DNA from: an uncultured Pseudomonadota bacterium
GTDB lineage: Bacteria; Babelota; Babeliae; Babelales; RVW-14
Length of the DNA stretch: 57,414 nt
Direction: 5' to 3'
Assembly: GCA_964388745.1 (NCBI GenBank)
Contig: CAYMBP010000006.1
Span: 1 to 57,414, forward strand
The notes beneath the pieces were generated by a model. It worked only from the letters and a program-made list of their open reading frames with translations. It ran no database searches and had not been told where the DNA came from. Position numbers and translations under genes: made by a program. This document shows, in pieces, positions 10,243 through 20,201 of the stretch; positions within the stretch are counted from its first letter, which is position 1, and each line of letters opens with the position of its first letter.

Positions 10243-10279
10243 TTAATCCGGATATGTTATGATAGCATATCCGGATTAA
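10243..10279. terminator. Hairpin downstream of nrdB
   Basis: TTAATCCGGATATG...CATATCCGGATTAA, 14-bp perfect arms, 35 nt after the nrdB stop. Confidence 0.7.
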
Positions 10280-10313
10280 CGCAAAAATTAACAAATTTTT
10301 TATACGCTAAGAA

Positions 10314-11321
10314 CTAATCCCACTGCAAAGACCCTGCAGTCTGATATTCAGTTACACGTGTTTCAAAGAAGTTTTTTTCTTTTGCCAAGTCTGTTGACTG
10401 AGACATCCACGGAAAAGGATTTTCTGTTCCATAGGCTTTTGGCAAATCAATTCTCATTAAACGTCGATCAGCAATATGCTCGACATAAGCAGCAAACTGT
10501 TGTGCATTAATACCAAGAAGCCCTCGAGGACAAGCATCATAAGCATATGCTCGCTCCAATTCAACTGATTTCTTAATCGTTTCAACAACGCGCTCCTGAA
10601 ATTCAGGTGTCCATACCTCTGGGTTCTCTGATTTAATTGTATTAATTAAATCACAACCAAATGCTAAATGAATACTTTCATCTCGCATAATATACTCAAA
10701 TTGCTCGCCAATCCCTACCATTTTGTTTTGGCGCTTAAGTGCTAACATCATAGCAAAACCAGCATAGAAAAAAATTCCTTCCATGATCACATAATACCCA
10801 ATCAAGTCAAACAAAAACTGTTGAACTTTTTCTGAGGTATCTGTAGCAAAATTTGGGTCCATAATAGAACTAGTCAAACTTACTACAAAATCATCTTTTT
10901 CCTTAATTGTTGGTATTGTCTCATACATATTATAGATATAGTCAGGATCAAGGCCAAGCGTATCACAACAATAAATGAAGGTATCTGTGTGCACAGCTTC
11001 TTCATATGCCTGACGCAATAAATATTGCCGACACTCAGGATTCGTCACATGCTTATATACCGCCAATACAATATTATTTGCAGTCAGTGATTCTGCTGTT
11101 GAGAAAAAGCCCAAATTCCATAAAATCATCTTACGTTCATCTGCTGTTAAATCACCCTCTGCTCGCCATTGCTCTGTATCACGATGCATAGAAATTTCTT
11201 CTGGTGTCCAATTATTTGCAACACCATCTTTATAATGCTGACGAGCCCAATGATAAGTCATTGGTAAAATTTTGTTTGGATCAACAGTGCCATTATTTAT
11301 AATTGATTGTTTTGATGTCAT
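10314..11321 (-). CDS. nrdB: Ribonucleotide reductase beta subunit, class Ic (R2c, Mn/Fe) type
   Basis: W.P.EI, FFSTAESL, EEAVHTDTF, MEGIFFYAGF, RDESIH, NFFETRVTEY. Confidence 0.95.
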   Translation of the reverse strand: MTSKQSIINNGTVDPNKILPMTYHWARQHYKDGVANNWTPEEISMHRDTEQWRAEGDLTADERKMILWNLGFFSTAESLTANNIVLAVYKHVTNPECRQYLLRQAYEEAVHTDTFIYCCDTLGLDPDYIYNMYETIPTIKEKDDFVVSLTSSIMDPNFATDTSEKVQQFLFDLIGYYVIMEGIFFYAGFAMMLALKRQNKMVGIGEQFEYIMRDESIHLAFGCDLINTIKSENPEVWTPEFQERVVETIKKSVELERAYAYDACPRGLLGINAQQFAAYVEHIADRRLMRIDLPKAYGTENPFPWMSQSTDLAKEKNFFETRVTEYQTAGSLQWD

Positions 11322-11343
11322 AGTTTTTACCCCTTAGTATAAA

Positions 11344-13881
11344 TTATTGACACGATTCGCACATTTCGTCTTCAATGCTACATAAAAGGCGAGAACTTAC
11401 ACTCCCAACAAATGTTTGCTCCTCACTTTTTTTAGGAGATGACTCTTGTGTATCAACCTTGTTATATTCTCTTTTTTGTGTAAAGCCGTATCGTGATGCA
11501 TCAAGCGTCGATTTTTCAATTTGGCTTGCACCAAGTGTACGCAAATAATACATTGTCTTAAGTCCAGACTTCCAAGCAGCAATATAAATATCATTCATTT
11601 TTTGACCCGAAACACCTTGCATAAATACATTATGTGATTGACTCTGATCAATCCACTTCGATCGCGCAGCAGTCAATTTAATAAGCCATTCAGGATCCAG
11701 TTCAAAAACTTCCTTATATTTGTTCTTAAGACGCTGTGGAATTGTTGGAATCATTTGAATGTTGCCATCATAATATTTAATATTATCAAGCATTTCCTGA
11801 TTCCACAGATTAAGCTTTTTAAGATCATCCATAAGATACTTATTCACAATCGTGAACTCACCACTCATATTTGCTTTAACATAAATGTTTTTATAAATTG
11901 GCTCAATACAAGGAAAACACCCAGAGATATTAGAAATAGTCGCAGTTGGAGCAATTGCCATAGTATTTGAATTTCTCATTCCATGTTGCTTAACATGCTC
12001 TCTTACTGATTCCCAATCCATAGAACAAGTCCGCGATACATTAATAGACATACCTCGCTCTTTTTCAAGCAACTTAATAGTATCAATGGGAAAAAGTCCC
12101 CGATCCCACTTTGAACCTTTATAAGAAGCATAAGCCCCTCGCTCTTTAGCCAATTGGGAAGAAGAATAAATAGCATGATATGAGATAAACTCCATTGTCT
12201 CATCTGCAAAAGTCAAAGCTTTTTCATCGTCAAATGGAATATCCTGAATAAATAAAGCATCTTGAAAACCCATTAATCCAAGACCTATTGGACGATGACG
12301 CATATTAGCATTACGAGCTTCAACTGTCGGATAAAAATTAATATCAATTACATTGTCAAGCATGCGAATTGCAGTTTTAATTGTATCTGCCAACAAGGCC
12401 TTATCAAGCATGCCATTAACCATATGCTCAGCAAGGTTCAACGAGCCAAGATTACATACCGCAATTTCATCTGGGGAAGTATTTAAAGTAATCTCCGTGC
12501 ATAAATTTGATGAGTGAATAACTCCAGCATGATCTTGCGGAGAACGAACATTACATGGATCTTTAAAGGTAATCCATGGATGCCCTGTTTCAAAAAGACG
12601 ACTCAGTATCTTTCTCCACAACTGCCGAGCTGAAATTCGCTTGAAAAACTTAATTTCACCAGAAGCTGCTCGTTCTTCATACGCTTTATATGCTTTTTCA
12701 AAGGCTGCGCCATAAATTTCATGCAAATCTGGAGTCTCGTGCGGAGAGAAAAGCGTCCAAGAAGCATCTTCAATAACTCGCTTCATAAACAAATCTGGCA
12801 CCCAGGCAGCAGTATTCATATCGTGAGTGCGACGACGATCATCTCCCGTATTTCTTCTCAAGTCAATAAAATCTTCAAAGTCATAATGCCAAGCTTCAAG
12901 GTAAGCACAAGCTGCTCCTCGGCGGCTTCCACTTCGATTTATTGCTGCAACAACATCATTTGCTAGCTTAAGAAATGGCACAGTTCCCTGACTTGAGACT
13001 CGCGTTGTTTTAATAGGTGCACCAATTCCCCGAACAGCTGTCCATGAATGCCCAAGCCCGCCAGACCATTTTGCCAAATGCGCATTATCTTTAAGAGATT
13101 TAAAAATATGCTCCAAATCATCATCAATAAACATCAAGTAGCAAGAACTCAATTGTGGATGAGTAGTTCCAGAATGAAAGAGTGTCGGTGTAGATGAAAC
13201 AAAGCGCAATGAGGATAAAATATTATAAAATTCAATAGCTTTTTCTGTTTTATGCTCTTCTCTTAAAGCAAGGCCCATTGCTATACGCATCCAAAAAGCT
13301 TGAGGTGTTTCAAGCAATCGCTTTTCATGCTTAATGAAATAACGTTCATACAAGGTCTTAACTCCAAGATACTCAAACTTTGCGTCACGACTAAAGTCAA
13401 GCGAATGAGCAAGAGCTGCAAGGTCAAACTCTAAAAGTTGCGACGTATAAATCTCAAGATCAATACCCTTTTTAATATGCTCGATGAATTTTTCTCTACT
13501 AACATGAGCAAAGTGCTCATGCGAAACAGAAAATCCTGCAACTTCACGATAAACTTTTTGCAACAAAACTGACGCAGCAACCTTGCTATACTCGGAATCT
13601 TTTTCAATATGAGCAACAAGTGTTAAAATAATTGCTTTTTCAAGCTCCTCTGTTGAAATTTCATCAAAAATTATTTTTGATAGTTCTTTCAACATAGTGT
13701 TATATGAGATTGTTGAGCCAGATGAAGACGTTGCCCTCTTCAATGTTGCAATAATTTTTTCTTGATTAAAGGACTCTACGGATCCATCACGCTTTGTTAC
13801 ACGCAAACGCGAAAAATCATAAAATAAAGCTGAATCTTTATTTTTACCATTGTCGTATACGGAACTATTCATCATGCTCAT
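11344..13881 (-). CDS. nrdA: Ribonucleotide reductase alpha subunit with N-terminal ATP cone
   Basis: VTKRDG ATP cone, STPTLF, QLSSC, SNLCTEI, VCNLGS, IAPTATIS, KTMYYLR, C-terminal CESCQ. Confidence 0.96.
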   Translation of the reverse strand: MSMMNSSVYDNGKNKDSALFYDFSRLRVTKRDGSVESFNQEKIIATLKRATSSSGSTISYNTMLKELSKIIFDEISTEELEKAIILTLVAHIEKDSEYSKVAASVLLQKVYREVAGFSVSHEHFAHVSREKFIEHIKKGIDLEIYTSQLLEFDLAALAHSLDFSRDAKFEYLGVKTLYERYFIKHEKRLLETPQAFWMRIAMGLALREEHKTEKAIEFYNILSSLRFVSSTPTLFHSGTTHPQLSSCYLMFIDDDLEHIFKSLKDNAHLAKWSGGLGHSWTAVRGIGAPIKTTRVSSQGTVPFLKLANDVVAAINRSGSRRGAACAYLEAWHYDFEDFIDLRRNTGDDRRRTHDMNTAAWVPDLFMKRVIEDASWTLFSPHETPDLHEIYGAAFEKAYKAYEERAASGEIKFFKRISARQLWRKILSRLFETGHPWITFKDPCNVRSPQDHAGVIHSSNLCTEITLNTSPDEIAVCNLGSLNLAEHMVNGMLDKALLADTIKTAIRMLDNVIDINFYPTVEARNANMRHRPIGLGLMGFQDALFIQDIPFDDEKALTFADETMEFISYHAIYSSSQLAKERGAYASYKGSKWDRGLFPIDTIKLLEKERGMSINVSRTCSMDWESVREHVKQHGMRNSNTMAIAPTATISNISGCFPCIEPIYKNIYVKANMSGEFTIVNKYLMDDLKKLNLWNQEMLDNIKYYDGNIQMIPTIPQRLKNKYKEVFELDPEWLIKLTAARSKWIDQSQSHNVFMQGVSGQKMNDIYIAAWKSGLKTMYYLRTLGASQIEKSTLDASRYGFTQKREYNKVDTQESSPKKSEEQTFVGSVSSRLLCSIEDEMCESCQ

Positions 13882-14012
13882 AGCAATCCCTTGTCGTTTA
13901 TGTAGTAACTTACCATACTTTATCTTGACGCCTCGCTGCAAATACAAATATCACTATTTTATGAATCTATATTTTTCTTTTTGAAAATTACAAGCTTTTA
14001 ATCGGGAACTAT

Positions 14013-14041
14013 AATCTAGCAGTTTGCTAGACCAGGAGCAA
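14013..14041 (-). promoter_or_regulatory. Candidate sigma70 promoter for nrdAB with overlapping palindrome
   Basis: Minus strand reads TTGCTC-N17-TAGATT, with TGn before the -10. Palindrome TCTAGCA-N3-TGCTAGA at 14015-14031. Confidence 0.45.
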
Positions 14042-14252
14042 ATAAAATTTTTATTTCACAGAAAGGATGACTTTCATGTTACTTTTCCCTAATAATGCCG
14101 TAAAAAAAGACATTTTAACGTGCATTACGTTATCACATTAAAATGGAAAAAGAAAGCTTTTTTCACTCTCGAAACAAGTCAATCATATTTTTCATTTGAA
14201 ATTTTTAAATCTCCAGAAAAACATTAAATTAATGTTTCAATGAGTATACCAA

Positions 14253-14288
14253 TAAGGGCCAATCTCGACAATCCGAAATTGACCCTTA
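14253..14288 (-). terminator. Hairpin after MIR-domain gene
   Basis: 15-bp stem on the minus strand with two G-U pairs: TAAGGGTCAATTTCG / CGAGATTGGCCCTTA. Confidence 0.6.
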
Positions 14289-14314
14289 CTAAAAATTAAG
14301 AGTAAAATTTAAAA

Positions 14315-15217
14315 TTAAAGACCTATAGCATCATCAATTTCTTGCTGAGTTGCTCGGCGAACAATATAAAACAATACATTCATGTCCCTTTTCCGTCGAG
14401 CAACAGAAAATGAACGCGTTGCAACCGGATAGCGATCCCCAATATTACTATCAATTCTATTTGATGACGCTAATATTCTTGAAGATTTTACATTTGTTAA
14501 TATAACCCCAGATTCTCCAGGAACGAGTTCACCATTAGATGTAAGTGTAACATCTTGAACAAGCCAAGATGAAAGCTCACTCTCCTCTTCACTTCCAAAA
14601 ACCTGACAGCCCTTTATATTATATGGTGCTTCCCTACTACTCTCTGCAAGATAAAAACCATTGCGAACATTATAAAACTCTACAATATCTCCTCGAGCGA
14701 CAAGGTCCCCATTATTTTTTTCAGATCCTAGTGCTGGTACGACTCGCCAAATATGATCTCCAACATCATAGTTACCATGATCAGGGCTTGTAAGTGCTAC
14801 AACTTTTGTTCCATCATTAACAGTAAATGTATTCATTAAATCTGTTGTTGTATATAAAACATGTGAGTAAGATAAATCAGACGTTGTATAAAGATGCCCA
14901 AATCCTGTACGATCCCCCAAAAGAACATAGTCTCCAAAGACAATAGCATCAACTGGATCTCGTTTCATGCTATTAAAGTGTAACTTGCTTTGTTCTAAGT
15001 CTTGTGCCTTTCGGCTCTCAGGCTTCATCAGCCCAACGCCCTCTTCTTGCTTGCTGGTCTTTTGTAAGCATATGCGCCTCCCTTCTTGAGCTCTTTCTTC
15101 AAGACTCTTTATCAACCTCTCTTGTTGAAACTCTACTCCATGAGCAAATAAAAGCTCTTGAGCGCTACCAAAAAGCAATGCTATACAATATGCTAATCGC
15201 ATCTTGTTATTCATCAT
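14315..15217 (-). CDS. Secreted MIR-domain (beta-trefoil) protein
   Basis: Signal peptide and AAGGAG RBS. Three MIR-like repeats: FGDYVLLGDRTGFGHL, RGDIVEFYNVRNGFYL..EAP..QVFG..SSWLV, GESGVILTNVKSSRILAS. Confidence 0.65.
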   Translation of the reverse strand: MMNNKMRLAYCIALLFGSAQELLFAHGVEFQQERLIKSLEERAQEGRRICLQKTSKQEEGVGLMKPESRKAQDLEQSKLHFNSMKRDPVDAIVFGDYVLLGDRTGFGHLYTTSDLSYSHVLYTTTDLMNTFTVNDGTKVVALTSPDHGNYDVGDHIWRVVPALGSEKNNGDLVARGDIVEFYNVRNGFYLAESSREAPYNIKGCQVFGSEEESELSSWLVQDVTLTSNGELVPGESGVILTNVKSSRILASSNRIDSNIGDRYPVATRSFSVARRKRDMNVLFYIVRRATQQEIDDAIGL

Positions 15218-15384
15218 TAATACTCCTTTTTTTTAGAAAAACAACAGAACACCCTCTTTTCCTTCAAAAGATCATAACAAGATTCATTATAGAGCGAAGG
15301 AAAGAAAAGTGAACTCATTTCTTGATAAAAAAATTTTCTATTTGATATAATTATGAGAAGAAAGGTAAATAAAAAAGGTCTCAT

Positions 15385-16506
15385 GTGAAGATAAAAAGCA
15401 TAACGAGCATTACTATTTTATTTTTATATTTAGCCCAGGCTGCTTGCTTAGGCAAGCCAGGAACTTACTTTCTTGCAAAGTTATCTGGAAAATTCTCAGT
15501 AAGCAAAGCTCGTCTTTTCTTGCAAGATTCAGCCCGAAAGGACCCATATCTCAACCTTGACTATCGCCCACTTTTAATCGATATTTATTACCCTACAGAC
15601 GAATCACACGAACAAAAATGTTCATACTCCCACCGTTCAGGAGCAATTATACAAAAAGAATGCAAGGACTTTCTCCATATTGATAAGCTTAACGACATCC
15701 TCTTGAATACCAAAGCGCAAAGTTTTTCACACCTTCCTATCAGCAAAAAAAAAGAATTGTATCCAATTATTCTTTTTTCTCATGGATACACCCATTCAAG
15801 CGAGAGCAATAGTGCTCAATGTGAAGATCTTGCAAGTCATGGTTTTTTTGTAATCGCAATCAATCATACTGGTATTAGCGGCAACTCTCAATTTTCTGAT
15901 GAAAACTACTTGCATGAATGCCTTGCACCAAGAAGCCTAGAGACACCTCTCCACATGTGCAATGATATTAATTTCATTACCAACTACCTACATCAACATG
16001 CCCAAAAAATTAATTGGTTAAAAAAGGCTGATGTAAAACGAATAGGTATATTTGGCCACTCTCTTGGCGGCATGGCTGCAACACGTTGCAGTGCTCTAAA
16101 TAGGCATATAAAAGCAGGAATAAATCTAGATGGTCCACTCTTTGGCAGAACGATGTTTCCAGTATTTTACAAACCATTTCTATTTTTGCTTGCTGAAGAC
16201 TTTGAAGCCCGGTTCTCACAAGACCATCAAGCTCTTAATGCTGTTAATATAACTCCTAAAACCTTTCAAGAATCCATACCTTCACTCATAACTGAAATGA
16301 AAGGTTTTGGTAAACAAATTATTATTAAAGGAACTTCTCACAATTCATTTTGCGATCACCTTCTTATTCACCACACTTTTTCTGAGGTATACCCTGACCT
16401 TGCACTTTCATTACAAAAAATTCTTCTTCTTGGCACTGCAAATGGCCAAGAAGCGCACCAAATTATTCTTCAACATCTCATATCATTTTTTAAAAAAAAT
16501 CTTTAA
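15385..16506 (+). CDS. Secreted alpha/beta hydrolase (PAF-acetylhydrolase/dienelactone hydrolase-like)
   Basis: IDIYYP, PIILFSHG, LASHG, GHSLGG nucleophile elbow, INLDG, HNSFCD. Confidence 0.85.
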   Translation: MKIKSITSITILFLYLAQAACLGKPGTYFLAKLSGKFSVSKARLFLQDSARKDPYLNLDYRPLLIDIYYPTDESHEQKCSYSHRSGAIIQKECKDFLHIDKLNDILLNTKAQSFSHLPISKKKELYPIILFSHGYTHSSESNSAQCEDLASHGFFVIAINHTGISGNSQFSDENYLHECLAPRSLETPLHMCNDINFITNYLHQHAQKINWLKKADVKRIGIFGHSLGGMAATRCSALNRHIKAGINLDGPLFGRTMFPVFYKPFLFLLAEDFEARFSQDHQALNAVNITPKTFQESIPSLITEMKGFGKQIIIKGTSHNSFCDHLLIHHTFSEVYPDLALSLQKILLLGTANGQEAHQIILQHLISFFKKNL

Positions 16507-16768
16507 TTTATAGAACTCACCAGACTTAATCTTCTGCAATTTTTTCTTAAAATTGTCATTCTGAAACTTTCTGATAAACGATAGAGTCAAAAAAAAGCAT
16601 AAAATAATTTTAATATTTATACTGACTAAATTACTCTTTGCTCTATTGCTAATCACGAAGTTTTTATTATATCATTTTCATACAATAATTTTTGAACTAT
16701 TGCCTCTTTATTATCAATGGAGTAACATCGTAAAATATACTTTCATTAAGCAGAAGGAGACTTAGTAA

Positions 16769-17155
16769 ATGGTGCAAGAAATTTTCATTGTATTGCTTTT
16801 TTTGTTAATTAATTGGAACATATCTATCTATGCCTTTTTTCCAAAGCCAAGCGAACTATTCTATATTGGGAAAACAAAGACATATAACTCAATCAATGAA
16901 AATGCTCCTTTTTATTATACTCAATTTAAAAAATTATCCCTCGATTTTTATTACCCTGAGAATCAACCCCTTTACAACTCAGCAGTTCTTTCTTCTATAT
17001 ACCAACAAACAGCATCCTCAACTATCATTGACCAACTCACCCGCTATAAAATTAATCTAAAAAGAGCAAATTATCTCAATACACAAATATCAAAAAATAA
17101 ATTACACCTGATATTCATCAATTTTTTAATAAAAACCTTCAGCCTTAAGGGGTGA
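16769..17155 (+). pseudogene. Truncated paralogue of the upstream alpha/beta hydrolase (N-terminal part only)
   Basis: FFPKPSELFYIGK...KLSLDFYYP aligns with FLAKLSGKFSVSK...PLLIDIYYP of 15385-16506. Ends before the catalytic motifs. Confidence 0.5.
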
Positions 17156-17161
17156 CTGTTA

Positions 17162-18037
17162 ATGAATTATTTTTATTCAAATACCTTTTTTGTCTTTATA
17201 TTTTTTATATCACTAACCAGCGATACAATTGCTCAGACTTCCTGTTCAATCATTCTCATCAATGGAACAAGCGGTGCCGGTAAAACGGTGACTTCTCAAA
17301 TACTTAAAAGTCTTCTTAATGGACAAACTAAAATTACAGGGTGCGAACAAATTATCTCAGAAACAGTCATCGAAAAAGCCTGTTCACAAGGATACGTTAT
17401 TAGTCCTGAAGAGATGCAACTAGCAACACTTGAAAAATGGATAACAAGTCATTGGAGCCAAACCCAAATCAATGAAGTCATGCTTGAAGCACGCTCACGA
17501 TTTGATGAACAAATGAAAAAAGCTATTCAAAAAAATAAATATCTAATCATTGATGAAGCCGCCCTTACACAGGACGAAATCAATCTTTATGAGCAATATG
17601 CTCCAACATTTAAAGTTCTTCTTTACTGCCCAATCAATATTCTTTCTTATCATATTCTTGAGCATAATAATAAAAAAGGAGTTATTTCAAAATCCTTCGA
17701 CACAAGTCTTTCTCAATTTCTTTCACTCTATTATCCAGAATCTCTCATGTACCATACAATTGCAGGGATCCTTACTCCCCAAGATATGCAGAGAACATTC
17801 ATAACCCGAGATATTCGTATATTCCCCTCCATGAGTACAATCGAGATTGATACAGAAATGAACAAGCTTGAAGCCTCATTTAAACAACATTTTAAATGTA
17901 GTAAAGACGAAGCATATCTTACACCAACGATTCCTCATGATCTTATCTTAAATAGTGGAGTTGCATCCCCTGAAGAATGTGCTCGACTCATTAAAATAAT
18001 CTTTGAAAAAACAATAACAGCACAAGAAGAAAAATAG
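17162..18037 (+). CDS. P-loop kinase (chloramphenicol phosphotransferase/NMP kinase-like) with signal peptide
   Basis: IILINGTSGAGKT Walker A, LIIDE, VLLYCP, HDLILNSGVASPEECARLI C-terminal motif, hydrophobic N-terminus. Confidence 0.75.
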   Translation: MNYFYSNTFFVFIFFISLTSDTIAQTSCSIILINGTSGAGKTVTSQILKSLLNGQTKITGCEQIISETVIEKACSQGYVISPEEMQLATLEKWITSHWSQTQINEVMLEARSRFDEQMKKAIQKNKYLIIDEAALTQDEINLYEQYAPTFKVLLYCPINILSYHILEHNNKKGVISKSFDTSLSQFLSLYYPESLMYHTIAGILTPQDMQRTFITRDIRIFPSMSTIEIDTEMNKLEASFKQHFKCSKDEAYLTPTIPHDLILNSGVASPEECARLIKIIFEKTITAQEEK

Positions 18038-18056
18038 CTCAACGAAAAAGGAAAAA

Positions 18057-18692
18057 ATGAATAAAAAAATAATACTTTTTTGTATCATTGCTTTATCGAA
18101 TACAAATCTTTTTTCCAATGATAACTACTCTACAATACGTCTTTCAACATTACAAAATATAATGCCACTCAAAAAGACAATATTTAAACTTTATCCTCAA
18201 ATATTTGATTTTTATAAAATTCATAGCTCAAACGAAACAATAGACCTTTGGACAATATACTCTCTCTTTCATCAATATGAGCTTGTCAAGACGATCCTTC
18301 TTAAAGAAAAAAAAAGTGGTGAATATGTTGGCCTTATTATTTGGCGACACCCATTTACTACAACAAGCTGGGAGAAGGTCATTCAAAGCGCTAGAAGCCT
18401 AAGAAAACATGAGCTTACATCTTTCATTCAAGAATTAAATAGCGAAAAAGATATGAATATTGCTGAAATTGAAATATGCAGTGCATCAACAGAAGAGGGC
18501 TATAAAAAACTCCTTGCTGAAAGTGAACTCATTATAGCCAAGACAGCAAAGACCATCAATATACGTACGCTTAACAATGAAGATACGAACAAAGCTTTTA
18601 TTGCAATGGGGTATAAAATGGAACAAAAGCCTTGTCCTAAATGCAATCGATGGTGCTGGCAAAAAAATTTGTCTGATAAAACTACTGAATAA
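18057..18692 (+). CDS. Hypothetical exported protein, possible degenerate GNAT fold
   Basis: Signal peptide. YVGLIIW, AEIEIC and NKAFIAMGYK weakly resemble GNAT motifs. C-terminal CPKC. Confidence 0.45.
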   Translation: MNKKIILFCIIALSNTNLFSNDNYSTIRLSTLQNIMPLKKTIFKLYPQIFDFYKIHSSNETIDLWTIYSLFHQYELVKTILLKEKKSGEYVGLIIWRHPFTTTSWEKVIQSARSLRKHELTSFIQELNSEKDMNIAEIEICSASTEEGYKKLLAESELIIAKTAKTINIRTLNNEDTNKAFIAMGYKMEQKPCPKCNRWCWQKNLSDKTTE

Positions 18693-20079
18693 CCTCTTCA
18701 CTCGTCACAAGTTGATGATTTTTACGCCCAACAAACAGAGCTGCACCCATGCCACAGGCTATTAAAATAATACTTAAAAATGTCCCATAATTCATTAAAT
18801 CAATAAGGTTGTGCTTAAACATATTTGAAATTTGAGCACCACCCATTTTTGCGCTTCTTGTACCAAATGTATCAACCCATCCCTTTGCTTTGAACTGAAC
18901 ATCTCTGCTTGTTGGAATATAGACAATATGCTTTATAGGATCATTGAGAGCAAAATTCAATCCCTTAATCATCACCATTGAACTAAACAATACCCACAAA
19001 AAGAAAGTTACGGAAGCACTAAGAACATGACAGCAATATACAGCACATAGCAAACACAAAACCACTGTTGGATAAATAAATAGACTCTTTCGAAGGCCAA
19101 GTTTACCAAGAAAAAAGCTTGTACCAATTAAAACAATCAAACAAGAAATAGAGTTTGTTGCAATGCCAAAAATTGACATGAAAGTATTAAATCCTTGCTT
19201 GGTTGCATACTCAGGTATTGCAACAGCTTGCCTATACATTTGATATTCAACAATAACCGCAACGACCTCATACACTGTTGAAATAACAAACACCCCAAGA
19301 AGATACGGACGTGTTGCTATAAGATAAATACCCTCAACAAAACTTTTAAAAAATGATCCCCGCTCTTCTTTTTTATTATCTATGATTTGCTGTATACTTG
19401 GCTGATATTCAACAACATAGTGCCTAATATAATAAATTAGACCAATAATAAATACCAAGCCAATAATTCCAAGTAAAAAAGAAGGCCAGACTTGTCCATG
19501 TTTACCAAGCACATAACTCATACTTGATCCAGATAAAGCTCCAAGCTGCCCACCTAAAACAATCATAGGAAAACCGAGCTTAGCTGTTGAGGTATTAGTC
19601 AAACTTACTACGTAAGACCAAAATAAAGCAATCAAAATTGATCCTGCACTTTCAACAGCAAAGTAGTTAACCCAACCAGTTGTTGCAAGAACATAGGAGC
19701 CAAGAAACGACGAACCATAATAATCATTTACCATTAAAAGAAACATTGCCACACTAAACGTTACAATATAAAAAGAACCAATAATATAAAAAAGTTGATG
19801 ACGAGCAAATAAATCAACAAGCTTTGAGTAAATACCTACAGCACAGGCTATAATAATTACCGACCAAATTTTTGCCATTGGCTGAAACAACGCTCCCTGC
19901 TTAACTGCCCACCCGAGCTCTTCAGGAAATGCAACGGTAAAAAAGACAACATCCCGAGCAATACGCATCACCCAATATACAAAAATTAGCATAAAAAAGG
20001 TGAGTGAAAAAAAGGCAAATTTTCTTACTTCTTCATCAGTCAGCGCCGGCCAGAATAAACGTAACCATGCATACAACAT
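18682..20079 (-). CDS. NTT/TLC family nucleotide transporter (ATP/ADP translocase-like), paralogue 2
   Basis: ~12 TM. EEVRKF, YSKLVD, LFWS, YIPTS..FKAKGWVD.FG.R.AKMGG. Confidence 0.88.
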   Translation of the reverse strand: MLYAWLRLFWPALTDEEVRKFAFFSLTFFMLIFVYWVMRIARDVVFFTVAFPEELGWAVKQGALFQPMAKIWSVIIIACAVGIYSKLVDLFARHQLFYIIGSFYIVTFSVAMFLLMVNDYYGSSFLGSYVLATTGWVNYFAVESAGSILIALFWSYVVSLTNTSTAKLGFPMIVLGGQLGALSGSSMSYVLGKHGQVWPSFLLGIIGLVFIIGLIYYIRHYVVEYQPSIQQIIDNKKEERGSFFKSFVEGIYLIATRPYLLGVFVISTVYEVVAVIVEYQMYRQAVAIPEYATKQGFNTFMSIFGIATNSISCLIVLIGTSFFLGKLGLRKSLFIYPTVVLCLLCAVYCCHVLSASVTFFLWVLFSSMVMIKGLNFALNDPIKHIVYIPTSRDVQFKAKGWVDTFGTRSAKMGGAQISNMFKHNLIDLMNYGTFLSIILIACGMGAALFVGRKNHQLVTSEEVIQ

Positions 20080-20145
20080 GAAAACTCCTTTATATAATTA
20101 TTACCTTGCATAGCCATTATAAGAAGATCCCACAAAGAGCGCAAG

Positions 20146-20176
20146 AAAAAAGGTCCGCCTTTAAAAGCGGACCTTT
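20146..20176 (-). terminator. Rho-independent terminator between the NTT paralogues
   Basis: AAAGGTCCGC / GCGGACCTTT stem followed by a T-run on the minus strand. Confidence 0.8.
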
Positions 20177-20201
20177 GTAATTACTTTAAAAAGAGCTGGC
20201 G

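Noticed and set aside
13882-14010. NrdR box upstream of nrdA
   Set aside because: No adequate match to the acaCwAtATaTwGtg consensus.
14219-14237. AAACATTAA-A-TTAATGTTT palindrome
   Set aside because: Almost all A/T, so expected by chance in this genome.
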